Shown here one piece after another: positions 1 to 11,369 of a stretch of DNA of 64,000 bases (positions are counted from its first letter, which is position 1; every line of letters starts with the position of its first letter). Where the stretch lies: NCBI GenBank assembly GCA_951406725.2, contig OX597817.1:34348001-34412000 (forward strand), given 5' to 3'. The notes beneath the pieces were generated by a model. That model was not told the DNA's origin. It was given only the letters and a program-made list of their open reading frames with translations, and did not search any database. Both the position numbers and the translations under genes were made by a program. Source of the DNA: Octopus vulgaris. Taxonomy: Eukaryota.

Positions 1-329
1 AAAATTATTAGCAAATATTAAGCTGAATAAAGCATTAAATCTGATAACCAGTTCATATTTCTGTCTGTCAATGCCAATGCCAGCACCATCAAATTTTCTA
101 TAATTATCTTATTATTAAGTGTACTTTCTTAACTTAGTCCATTGGGTAGCTTCGTCTCCATATATGTTTTGTTTGTGTATTTATCTATCTGGCTAAATAT
201 CAATCTACCCGCTTAATTACAACTTTACTTAGACCCCCACCATTCACCCCATTCTCTCTTTCTGTCTTTCTCAGTTAGTGGTTCTTTTCTCTTATTAATT
301 ACCGGTGTCATTAAATATTCTGATCTTTA

Positions 330-1080
330 CAGTTTATGTCCTAAAGCAGTCATTTACCAATCTCTATCTGGCAGATCTTGGAGGTCAACACACATTTAGT
401 ACAGTGACCCAATACTGCTATTTTAAACCTTTCGCTACAAATCCATTGAATAGACAGACAAAAGATTTTGTTCTGTCTGATCAAGAAACCATTGAAATTA
501 CACCAAGTAGGAACCTAATTAAAATAAACTTATTTCCAACCACCAACTAATCCTCAGTAGGAAGCTATATTTAACAAAAGAACATGTAATTGGCCAGCAA
601 CTAAAATATAGCTTCCATTTCCTTGTAAGAATTTGGTTGATTGTGATATGCTTAGCAGACATTTGAATTAGTCTAGCATTTATGTTATAATTCTTATAGA
701 ATTCATCTACAATATAACTGAATGATGTTAACCTATTATCATCATAACTACCAGACAACCACCAAGAAAGCAAAGCATACTTTTAAGAATAATGTTATTT
801 GAAAGTCTTTCAAATGATGTTTTAACTTTCTGGTCCCTTGCTAAGAGGGTCTCTTATAACTTCGCAAAATCCTCCTACATACAACTCTACAGTCAAGATG
901 ACATTTTTATTAAAACCTCCATATTTTCTGACTAGATTTCTTTCCATTTCACACTGCAAATACTCAAAAAAATTTTTTCTGTTCTCCATTGGTCTCACCA
1001 CCACAAATGCCTGGTTGCAAAGACTGGAAACTGGGATCATTTCAGTTTAGTAAGGCAACCAGTCCTGATGATGTTTCTTC
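330..1080 (+). mobile_element. Highly degenerate CR1/Jockey-group LINE ORF2 fragment (APE end plus linker)
   Basis: Broken + frames give DLGGQHTFS..FATNP..LSDQETIEI (SDH-like APE motif) and NDVLTFWSLAKRVSYNFAKSS (FWxLAKxISNNF-type linker); many stops and frameshifts. Confidence 0.45.
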
Positions 1081-1094
1081 CATTATTTTCACTG

Positions 1095-1299
1095 AATAAA
1101 ATCTCTGGAGAAGGACATCATGCTCAGAATGGTCAGTGGCAAGAGAGGAAGAGGCCGACCAAGAACCCGCTGGCTTGACACCATCAAGAGTGATACCAGA
1201 ATGGACATAGTCAATCTGAAAGAAGTGGCCCAGGATAGAACTGACTGGAGGACATCAAGTAACCGAGAGTCAACTTCGACTGAGCGGATAGATAGATAG
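1095..1299 (+). mobile_element. 5'-truncated RTE-clade LINE 3' end with (GATA)n tail and 10-bp TSD
   Basis: Translates SLEKDIMLRMVSGKRGRGRPRTRWLDTIKSDTRMDIVNLKEVAQDRTDWR (RTE/BovB-type C-terminus); TSD attttcactg at 1085-1094 and 1300-1309. Confidence 0.85.
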
Positions 1300-1360
1300 A
1301 TTTTCACTGTACTTCAGAATTAGCTTAACCTTATATTTAGTCTTCCTTTTTCTACAGATA

Positions 1361-1549
1361 TACGAGGGAGCGCTGATGAGGATCAGTTAATTGTGATTTT
1401 ATTCAACATATACCCCTCTCAGATTCACACACTTATTGCAGTGGTCCTTCAGTTTTTCTAAGCACTATAAAAGAACTTGGAAGGTTGGACCCCCAACCAG
1501 GCCTTTCGGGACACCCTTAAGGCCAAGAACTTTTCAGCACCCCTTCATA
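1361..1549. mobile_element. Tc1/mariner-type MITE
   Basis: Imperfect TIRs tacgagggagcgctga / tcagcaccccttcata, TA-flanked, no ORF. Confidence 0.6.
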
Positions 1550-1799
1550 TATCCTTAATTATGAAAGCATTTTTTTTTTTGTATATTGATAATTTAGGTA
1601 TTCATTAGGAGAACTTTGAAACCTCAAGTCCTTTATTTTTATGTATTAATCAGGAAATGCTAAGAAGTCTTTTGGGGGTTATAGACTTAATTCTTTCTGA
1701 AACAGAAACAAAGCAAGCATTAAAATTTTGTAATAGTGTTTTGTTTTTTTTCCCAATTTGTTTTGGGTGTAAGCCTAAACAGTTGTCATCATCACCAAC

Positions 1800-2010
1800 A
1801 ACAACATCTTCATCATCATCATCATCATCATCACCATCATTGTTTAATGTCCATTTTTCATGCTGGTATGAGTTCGACAGCTTTAACCGGAACTGACAAG
1901 CCAGAGGACCGTACCAAGCTCTAATACCTGTTTTGGCATGCTTTCCACAGTTGGATGCCTTTCCTAATGCTAACCACTTTACAGAATGTACTGAGTGCTT
2001 TTTCTGTGGC
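1800..2010 (-). mobile_element. SINE family D ((GAT)n-tailed) 3' fragment
   Basis: (CAT)n followed by tttaatgtcc..catgctggtatg..ttggatgcctttcctaatgctaaccac, matching other D copies. Confidence 0.75.
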
Positions 2011-2172
2011 ATTGGTGAGATTACCAAGTACAAGTGAGAGTATTGTAGAAAAGGTGGTGAAGAGACGGGAGTAGGTGTCTTACTGAAGAAGAAATACATG
2101 ATTTCCCCAGCTGTAATATAGAAAAGTATGAAATACCATGACAAATGATTCCCTTCTCAATATTGTTAAGCT

Positions 2173-2408
2173 ATAGGGCAGTGAGCTGGCAGAATCATTA
2201 GCATGCTGGGCAAAATGCTTAGCAATATTTCATCTGCTGCTATGTTCTGTGTTCAAATTCCACTGAGGTCAACTTTGCCTTTCATCCTTTCAGGGGTCGA
2301 TTAAATAAGTACCAGTTATTCACTGGGATTGATGTAATTAACATAATCCCTTTGTCTGTCCTTGTTTGTCCCCTCTATGTTTAGCCCCTTGTGGGCAATA
2401 AAGAAATA
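2173..2408 (+). mobile_element. tRNA-derived SINE family B, full length, 14-bp TSD
   Basis: Head gtgagctggcagaatc..gttcaaattcc (A/B-box like), core gcctttcatccttt..gtcgattaaataagtacc, tail aaagaaata; TSD aatattgttaagct on both sides. Confidence 0.85.
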
Positions 2409-2477
2409 AATATTGTTAAGCTTATTCAAAGCACATTACTAAATTTGGCTGTAGGAATTGGAAAAAGTCGATATACT

Positions 2478-2880
2478 CTTACTCTTTACTCTTTTACTTG
2501 TTTCAGTCATTTGACTGCGGCCATGCTGGAGCACTGCCTTTAGTTGTGCAAATCGACCCTGGGACTTATTCTTTGTAAGCCCAGTATTTATTCTATCAGT
2601 CTCTTTTTGCCGAACCGCTAAGTGACAGGGACGTAAACACACCAGCATCGGTTGTCAAGCAATGCTAGGGGGACAAACACAGACACACAAACATACATAT
2701 ATATATATATATACATATACACGACAGGCTTCTTTCAGTTTCCGTCTACCAAATCCACTCACAAGGCATTGGTGGGCCCGAGGCTATAGCAGAAGACACT
2801 TGCCCAAGGTGTCACACAATGGGACTGAACCCGGAACCATGTGGTTGGTTAGCAAGCTACTTACCACACAGCCACTCCTG
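2478..2880 (-). mobile_element. tRNA-derived SINE family A, full length
   Basis: Reverse complement of caggagtggctgtgtggtaag..ccttgggcaagt (CORE-like motif)..internal (TA)n..gactgaaacaagtaaaagag tail. Confidence 0.85.
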
Positions 2881-3456
2881 TTGATAATCTATTCCCTTTT
2901 GGATTTTTTGTTAATATTTTCTATTATGGTTTAACAAATAAAATTTTTTCATATCCTTTTCTTCTGTTACCCTCCTCCACTCTCTATTAGTAATTATTTT
3001 GTCCATCTGCATTACTTTGTTGGTCATTTTATTGGAATCATTTCTTAAAAATAAATGTCAAATAGAAACAATTTATACCGTAAAGGAAATTAATCTTTTT
3101 ATTAAAACGATATTAAAAATGTTATTAATCTTTAATAAACAGTCCTTTATTTAGACCAATCCACAATGCAGAAACAATTTATTCCTTATATTTATTTTTC
3201 ATTATAGAAATTAAAACTCCTTTTAAGTCTGTCTGTCTTGTTCTCTCTTTTCTTTTCATGTTAAATTTCAGTTTAAATAAGATCAGATTTAGTTCCTTAC
3301 TGATGACTGTTAAGAAACCTTAGATCAACAATGACATGAGTTTATTTTGTTTGACATTCGTAATTTAAAATGAAAATATTTAGATCTTATATTTCAAATT
3401 AGGAGAAATTTCATAACTTGACAGATATTTGTTATTAACTCTTCAGTGTTTACAAA

Positions 3457-3493
<37 letters not shown>

Positions 3494-3871
3494 CTGAAGT
3501 TGTCTGTGTATGGCAGGTTTGGTAGCCTTCAACTAACACTATCTCCTCCAAGACCCTGCAGCGCAAGTTGACCAAAATTGAGAGTATGATAGAAGAAGGC
3601 TTGCTCTTCCTTCCATAGAAGAAAAAATTCAAATCAGACCATGTCAACACCAAAAATTATTTACATCAAAAAGGTGCTTTTTTTTCTATGAAAATCCCTA
3701 TTTTTTAATGATTTTTTTGACTGCTGTGTCACCATTTTTTGGTGTATTTCAACCAGAAAAATGTTCACTTAAAGAGAATAACAAGCTACATAATGCAAAA
3801 TTTTTACTTTTCAAACATTCCAATTCTAAAGGGTCAAAACAAACTCGAGCAACGCTAGGTGATACTGCTAG
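3457..3871 (+). mobile_element. Non-autonomous Helitron (copy 1)
   Basis: Starts TC(TA)n after A, ends CTAG before T, subterminal hairpin ctcgagcaacgctagg; near-identical copies at 13952 and 23284. Confidence 0.8.
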
Positions 3872-4784
3872 TTTAATGAGAAAATGAACTCCTGTTGAAG
3901 AGTAGATGGAATTTAGTGTAAAGTAAGGTTTTATCCTTCAAGTTAGCCATGCAGAAGGAACTTGGTTTCAGTACTCATTTGAAACTAATTCCTTCAGTCA
4001 GTACTAATTGGGAGTTGTCCATTTTTTGGGAACAGTGTATATGTATGTTGTAAATTGCATATTGAGAAATAAAATCTCTTAACCACATGCCTGGTAAAAT
4101 AAAATAAACTGATATTGTGTTTGAAAAGGATATAAAAATATATCCTAAGTGAAACAGAAGCTAATAATTTAAATATCAGCAATGAAATTACTTCAAATAT
4201 TAAGAATTTATAAGATAAATAATAATAATGATATTATTGTATACAGTGCTCAGGTGCACCATAAAATATCACAGAATATCTATGAAATTAAGGGGCTAGA
4301 TTACTGAATACATAGTCTTAAGTGATAATTTTCAACCTGCCATTATAATGTCTCAGCCTATTCTATATATTTCTTGTCCCAGCTTTCCTGAATAAAAACA
4401 GGCTTCCCTGTTTTTCATTGTTAAATTATTGCAAGCACCATTTTTACCACTACTGCTTAAAAATCTGTGAGGAAAAAAAATCATATCAGCTTTTGTATTT
4501 AATTTCAGCAAAGCAGACGGATGATATTTACCGTTTTCTTTCTTTTGTACCTATCTTCCAACAATAGTCACATTTTATCTATAATACAAATATTATGAAC
4601 TGTAGGTATGGATTAAAAATTCTAGTTATTAATACACAAACCTTTGCGGCCAGACTCTTTGCACTTCAGTAATAAGCATATTAAATATGGTTACAGTTTT
4701 TTGTATGAAAATATAAAGAGATAATACATGCACATACACTCACAGAGATCTGCAGCAGCATTTAATATCTACATTTGCCGATAT

Positions 4785-5330
4785 TGATGCCAGTGTTGCC
4801 TGACTGGCTCCCCATGCCAATGGCATGTAAAAAGCACCATCCAAACATGGTCAATACCAGTGCCCCTAAATGGCTCCCATGCAGGTGGCATGTTAAAAAG
4901 CACCATCCGAACGTGGTCAATACCAGTGCCCCCTAACTGGCTCCCATGCTGGTGGCATATTAAAAAGCACCATCCAAACATGGTTGATGCCAGTGCCGCC
5001 TGACTGGCTCCTATGCCAGTGGCATGTAAAAAGCACCATCCAAACATGGTCAATACCAGTGCCCCCTAACTGGTTCCCATGCTGGTGGCATGTTAAAAAG
5101 CACCATCCGAATGTGGTTGATGCTAGTGCTGCCTGACTGGCTCCTGTGCTGGTGGCACATAAAAAGCACCCACTACACTCTCAGAGTGGATGGTGTTAGG
5201 AAAGGCATCCAGCTGTAGAAACTTTGCCAGATCAAGATTGGAGTCTGGTGCAGCCTACTGGCTTGCCAGTCCTCAGTCAAAACCATCCAGCCCATGCCAG
5301 CATGGAAAGCAGACGTTAAACAATGATGAT
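4785..5330 (+). mobile_element. SINE family D with internal tandem array of six ~66-bp units and (GAT)n tail
   Basis: Six repeats of ccagtgcc..actggctcccatgc.ggtggcatgtaaaaagcacc, then the conserved D 3' end ..gcatggaaagcagacgttaaacaatgatgat. Confidence 0.85.
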
Positions 5331-5587
5331 TATAATTTTCCATGCTTGCACAAGTCAGGCAGATATTGTTGAGGTAGATTGCATACATTTGGATGCCCTT
5401 GCTGTTGCCAACCCTCACATGTTTCCTTGCAAGATAATATTTTCCCATAGCTAGACATGTTTTTCATGAAGAGCTAGAAACAAACACCCTTGCTTATATA
5501 ATGATGATGCTTATTTACAACTGTCATTTAATGTCTAGACAAGGGTACACACACACACACACACACTCATTGGGCTTCTTTCAGTTT

Positions 5588-5822
5588 CTTATTTCTTTAT
5601 TGCCCACAAGGGGCTAAACATAGAGGGGACAAACAAGGACAGACAAAGGGATTAAGTCGACTACATCGACCCCAGTGTATAACGGGTATTTAATTTTGTT
5701 GACTCTGAAAGGATGAAAGGCAAAGTCGACCTCGGCGGTATTTGAACTCAGAACATAACGGCAGACGAAATACCGCTAAGCATTTTATCCGGCGTGCTAA
5801 CATTTCTGCCAGCTCACCGCCT
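5588..5822 (-). mobile_element. SINE family B nested inside a family A fragment (~5545-5965)
   Basis: B consensus interrupts the A sequence at cagtttct, which recurs as aagtttct after the insertion. Confidence 0.8.
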
Positions 5823-6831
5823 CAAGTTTCTATCTACCAAATCCACTCTCAAGGCTTTTGTCTTCCTGGTATTATGATAGAAGACACTTGCCCAAGATGC
5901 TGTGCTGAAGGACTGAACCTAAGACCATATGATTGGAAATCAAGCTTCTCCACCCCACTGCCACACTTGTACCTAGATAGACATAGACAGACAGACACAT
6001 ACATACAGACAGAAGAACATGTAGAATCAATTGTTGAAACTGGTGATATGTGTGTTTGGTACCACCAAGTTGTCTTAGGGCAGTTTTAGTACATTTCACT
6101 CTTTTACATACATTCAGAGAGAGAGAGAAAGAATAAAACAATTATTTTCACCAATTTTACCAATAGATTTCTATTGTAAATAAATATTGTTTACCTTTAA
6201 ATTATTTATCAGGTATGAGGCTGAATGTGTTATCTCATTGCCCAACATACTTTTCTCTGAACAAAAGTCCACCCAAAGAATTCATGATGGAAAGCATAAA
6301 TTCTGTAACTGAAGAAATTATTTCTAGAACATTCAAACTTTGAATTAGCATAAATATATTTATCTTGTCATATAAGTGGAATAGAAATACAGAAAATTGT
6401 TTCCTTTGGCAGTTTTGCAATGAAAAAATTGTTCCACTACTAAAATAAATTGAAAAAAATGAACTCGTTTAAATTCTTCTATATTTTCTTATGCAAATAA
6501 CAATGTTTTAAATTGGCTTAGATTTATTACACAAACGTATACGCCCACACACACATGGTCTGTGGGTGAATTAGGTAGACAAAAACTTTAAGCTGAAGCT
6601 TGTTGTGTGTGTGTGTGTGTGTGTACAGTTATGTGTTTGTCTCTACCGTTAACAACTAGTGTCAGTTTGTTTACTTAATAAAAAACAACCAATAAAATAA
6701 AAGTGTCAGAACTTGAAATAAGTTCTAGGGTTGATTTAAGTAAATGGTAGCAGTGGAATTATTACTGAAACCAGTAAAAGAATGTGTGTGTGTGTGTGTG
6801 TACTTTATTATTAAAGGTGCAAAAATATCAC

Positions 6832-6885
6832 AAAAAACTGCTACTCAGAATTTCACATTCCTGTTCATCAGAGTAGCAGTTTTTT
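6832..6885 (-). ncRNA. Type I hammerhead ribozyme motif (Penelope-like repeat type) within an inverted repeat
   Basis: Minus strand CTGATGA-ACAggaaTGT-GAAA-ttctga-GTA-gcagtttttt; core intact, stem I register disturbed by an extra tact. Confidence 0.6.
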
Positions 6886-7253
6886 GTAATGATTTTGTGA
6901 TGTTTTTGCAGTTTTAGTAATAAAGCATATTACTCTACCTCTGGTATTCAAGTACTATTTTTTCCCACCTTGTTTCACATTTATGTGCTTACTCTGGTGT
7001 GTTTATATATATATACCTGGGACCTTGAAGACTGCTTTAATGCAAGGAAGTATACTAGTCCCTTAATATTCGATATTCAATATTTCATCTATTCACTAGG
7101 ACAATCAATGCTTCATTTCATTTTACTATATATACTATTTATACTGTATATTCTATATTCTACATTTGATATTATAAAGAATATAAACAAAACATAAAAA
7201 ACAGAGTTGGAAATCCTTTGAATAATATATATCCCTCTATACACATTCATACA

Positions 7254-7316
<63 letters not shown>

Positions 7317-7784
7317 TAAGAGGTGGTGGAGTGAGATTCAGTCCCCTGCTTAGCACCTTGGGCAAGTGTTTTCTACTATGGCCCAAGCTGACCAATGTCT
7401 TGTAGGTTTGGTAGACAGAAGCTGAAAGAAGTCCAGTGTGTGTGTGTGTGTGCACTCAATAGCCAATACACTCTATTAGGTGGTTGCTGTAGAAACCATA
7501 CCAAAACAGACAATTGGAGCCTGGTGCAGCTTACCAGCTCCTATCAAATTGGTCAACCTCATGCCAGCATGAAAAATGGACATTAAATGATGATGATGAT
7601 CTTCATCATTTACAGCCAACTGATATTGATCTATAGAGTGGATGACTGGTTCTCAACTGAGGTCTATATGACCATTGGGGGTCCATGTAAGATTTTGTTC
7701 TTAAAATTTATGATCCATAAATTGGTTACACTTCTACAATGCACAAAGTATTTTAACAATTCTTTATACAATTCCTAATGATAT

Positions 7785-7986
7785 TTACTCTTTTATTTGT
7801 TTCACTCATTTGACTGCGGCCATGCTGGAGCACCGCCTTTAGTCGAGCAAATCGACCCCAGGACTTATTCTTTGTAAGCCTAGTACTTATTCTATCGGTC
7901 TCTTTTGCTGAACTGCTAAGTTACAGGGACGTAAACACACCAGCATCGGATGTCAAGCAATGTTGGGGGGACAAACACAGACACAA

Positions 7987-8041
<55 letters not shown>

Positions 8042-8213
8042 TATACATATATGACGGACTTCTTTCAGTTTCCATCTACCAAATCCAATCACAAGGCTTT
8101 GGTCGGCCCGAGGCTATAGTAGAAGACACTTGCCCAAGGTGCCATGCAGTGGGACTGAACCCGGAACCATGTGGTTGGTAAGCAAGCTACTTACCACACA
8201 GCCACTCCTGCAC
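7785..8213 (-). mobile_element. SINE family A, full length
   Basis: Matches family A consensus with internal (CA)n(TA)n. Confidence 0.85.
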
Positions 8214-8223
8214 CTATTATTAG

Positions 8224-8258
8224 AAAAATATGGAACGCTTCATGAATTTACGTGTCAT
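8224..8258 (-). pseudogene. U6: U6 snRNA 3'-terminal fragment (retro-pseudogene)
   Basis: Minus strand ATGACACGTAAATTCATGAAGCGTTCCATATTTTT versus the conserved U6 3' end ATGACACGCAAATTCGTGAAGCGTTCCATATTTTT: 33/35 identical, ending at the U6 oligo-U. Confidence 0.85.
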
Positions 8259-8467
8259 TTAGTTATAAAAATATAATAGAATGTTTTAAACATTGAATAG
8301 TTATGAGGGTCCATTCAAGTAAAATAGGAGTTAAAGGGGTCCATAGATAAAAGAAATGGTTGAGAAACACTAAAGTAGATGAAAAAGAAAAGCATTTTTC
8401 AACTGTGTTTGTTGTAGTGAATGAACTGATGCATCATATCTCTTGTAGTAATGTAAGATCTTCATTT

Positions 8468-8853
8468 GGTTGCTGTTGTTGCTGTTGAGCGAACGGCCTT
8501 CGTCCCAGAGCTCGCAAGATGGGAGAAGTCCGAAACGTGGTCCTTTGGTATTCATAAGACCCGCAGAAGAGAAAGCAGGTCAACCCCCGACACCGAGAGC
8601 ATCGACGGATGGATGAATGTGCATCCAGGCTCAGCAGCAGCATAGGAAGTCGGGGACAAGAAACAGGAAGAAAGAGTGAGAGAAAGTTGGGGCGAAAGAG
8701 TACAACAGGGGTCGCCACCACCCCCTGCCGGAGCCTCGTGGAGCTTTAGGTGTTTTCGCTCAATAAACACACATAACGCCCAGTCTGGGAATCGAAACTG
8801 CGATCTTCCGACTGCGAGTCCACTGCCCTAACCATTGGTCCATTGCACCTCCA
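8468..8853 (-). mobile_element. tRNA-derived SINE family C, tail type 1 ((CAA/CAG)n end)
   Basis: Head tggaggtgcaatggaccaatggttagggc..gtttcgattcccagact; body gtgtttattgagcgaaaacacctaaagctccacgaggctccggcagggg; unique 3' tail. Confidence 0.8.
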
Positions 8854-9550
8854 CTGCTGCTGTTGTTGTTGTTGTTGTTAACCTGGGTCAGCCCTCATTG
8901 AGCAGATCTATGATCCAAGACATTCCAGTCATAACCATCTTGTATTTTTCCTAGGCCTGGGGAACCCAGTACCACATTATCCATATACTATAGCTTCGGG
9001 CCAAGATAATAGGCTGTGATTTGTGAGTATACAGCTGCTATTTCTTGTAGGTCGAGGGACTACATAGGGGCTCCCTCATTGGCTCATCTTTTGGCGATTG
9101 ATGTATGTTGTAGGATAAGTCTAACATGGAATGAACTTCTTTCATACTGACTAACACACACACACACAGCTGATAATCAGATGGATGATCTGAATTCAAT
9201 GACAAAATGATAAACACTTCTCATACATTATGAACTGTACTTACACATTGTATCTATTTATATAGGAGTGAATTGATATCATTGAGATTAAGATCTTTGA
9301 TCAAGATTGCAATGCTTTGCCTGTAATAGGATATAAACCATTGACCATTCAGTTGGTTGTCAGGCAGCTTATATATACTCATTAGCCTCAAGTAGATCTG
9401 GCATATTATATGATTATATGATGCAATGAATTTTTAGATGCATTTGGGGATGAAAAATATCTTATACATTAATAAATGAAGTGATCGTCGTCTTCTTCAA
9501 ATTAAATCTATTTTTATCTATCACGTTTCTTTCTTAGCTATTCTAGCCTT

Positions 9551-9554
<4 letters not shown>

Positions 9555-9606
<52 letters not shown>
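9555..9606 (+). repeat. (CT)n microsatellite
   Basis: About 25 perfect CT units. Confidence 0.95.
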
Positions 9607-9608
<2 letters not shown>

Positions 9609-9646
9609 CCCTGACCAATCTAATTCTCACTTTTCATCATGATACC

Positions 9647-9878
9647 TATTCCTTTACTACCCACAAGGGGCTAAACACAGAGGGGACAAACAAGGACAGA
9701 CAAACGGATTAAGTCAATTATATCGACCCAGTGCATAACTGGTCCTTAATTTATCGACCCCGAAAGGATGAAAGGCAAAGTCGACCTCGGCGGGATTTGA
9801 ACTCAGAACGTAGCGGCAGACGAAATACCGCTAAGCATTTCGCCCGGCGTGCTAACGTTTCTGCCAACTCGCCGCCTT
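9647..9878 (-). mobile_element. SINE family B, young, 8-bp TSD
   Basis: Near-consensus with CpGs retained; TSD atgatacc at 9639-9646 and 9879-9886. Confidence 0.85.
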
Positions 9879-9940
9879 ATGATACCCTGAGCCTTCCATT
9901 CCATTTCTTTCACATGGTATTTCATTTATAGAAATTTATA

Positions 9941-10172
9941 AGGCGGCGAGCTGGCAGAAACGTTAGCAGGCCAGGCAAAATGCTTAGCAGTATTTCGTCT
10001 GCCGTTACGTTCTGAGTTCAAATTCCGCCGAGGTCGACTCTGCCTTTCATCCTTTCGGGGTCGATTAAATAAGTACCAGTTACGCACTGGGGTCGATCTA
10101 ATCGACTTAATCTGTTTATCTGTCCTTGTTTGTCCTCTCTGTGTTTAGCCCCTTGTTGGTAGTAAAGAAATA
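9941..10172 (+). mobile_element. SINE family B, young, head-to-head with the previous copy
   Basis: Near-consensus; flanking duplication ggtatttcatttataga. Confidence 0.85.
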
Positions 10173-10197
10173 GGTATTTCATTTATAGATGTATGCA

Positions 10198-10238
<41 letters not shown>

Positions 10239-11014
10239 ATGTGCATATGTCTGTGTCATGACATAACTTAAATTTACATGATAGTATTCTGTGTCTGATA
10301 TTCTACCTGTTAATTTTTTTTCATTTGTGTGTAGGTGCGTATGCATATGTGTGTGTCTGTGTGTGTGTGTGTGTGTGCTTGAATGCACTTGCAAAAACAC
10401 AGACATTTATAAGAGAATTTTTTTTACTGTTCAAACTTTTTCTCTTAGCTCTAGATTGCAGCCAAAATCCCATGTGTTTGTATCTATTAAGGTGGAGTTG
10501 GAGATATATACTTGATTAATAGCATCTGCCTAGCCATTTCCTTCATAAGAGAATATATGTAGTGAATACTAGAACCCTTCAGTAAACCTACCAAAAATAA
10601 TGTTAAACAATGGCTTGTACACTAGTTTTCATTGGTCCAGCTGCTTTATTTTAGTGAGGGTGAGAACAAACCTATTCCTTTTCTCATAGAAAAAATAATT
10701 AAAATTCAACTGAAAAATCATATTAATTTTATTTCCTATTTATTTTGTAGTAAATACAAATCATTAAATTTCAGTTACGTATACATATTCCAGTCTAAAC
10801 TGGACTTCTTCAGTGTAATGTTGAATTTAGGACTGTGAATCCATTTTGTTTTCTTTTTGTCTCTCTCTCTCTCAAATTATCTTGTTGGTTTCTTTTGTTT
10901 TGTTCTTTTTTTTTCAATTTTTGTTTTTCATTTACCATCTGTCCCTGCATCCTCCTGAACACTTCTTTCCCTTCCCGCAATCTTTGTTGACATTTGTTTG
11001 TGTTAAGTGGTATT

Positions 11015-11350
11015 CCTTTATTCCGTATTTGTTTCAGTCATTTGGCTGTGGCCATGCTGGAGCACCACTTTTAGTTGAACAAATCAACCCCAGGACTTAT
11101 TCTTTGTAAGCTTAGTACTTATTCTATAAGTCTCTTATGCTGAACCACTAAGTTACGAGAACATAAACACTCCAACATCGGTTATCAATCGATGGTAGGG
11201 TAACAAATGCATACATACATATATATATATATATATATGAAGCTATAGTAGAAGACACTTACACAAGGTGCCATGCAGTGGGACTGAACCTGGATCCATG
11301 TGGTTTGGAAGCAAGCTTCTTACCACACAGCCTATATAGCCTGCGCCTAT
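11015..11350 (-). mobile_element. SINE family A (internally deleted)
   Basis: Family A tail and head present, middle shortened. Confidence 0.75.
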
Positions 11351-11369
11351 ATTTATAAATAAAATTCAA

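Larger units (their letters stand above)
7642..8371. mobile_element. hAT (Charlie-like) MITE interrupted by a SINE A and a U6 fragment
   Basis: Termini tggttctcaac ... gttgagaaacact resemble CAGTGGTTCTCAAC hAT TIRs; ggggtcca subterminal motifs at both ends. Confidence 0.5.

Noticed and set aside
305-550. 81-aa + ORF with an acceptor-like tttacag, considered as a terminal exon of an upstream gene
   Set aside because: It contains APE-endonuclease-like remnants and is followed by LINE linker motifs; better explained as a decayed LINE.
1372-1395. ctgatgag as a hammerhead core
   Set aside because: No downstream GAAA or stems; it lies at a MITE deletion junction.
1650-2144. 164-aa minus ORF and overlapping His/Ser/Asp-run ORFs
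   Set aside because: Translations of the (CAT)n tail and a SINE D body.
4785-5170. Regularly spaced repeats resembling a CRISPR array
   Set aside because: The whole unit is repeated with no unique spacers; eukaryotic SINE context; no cas genes.
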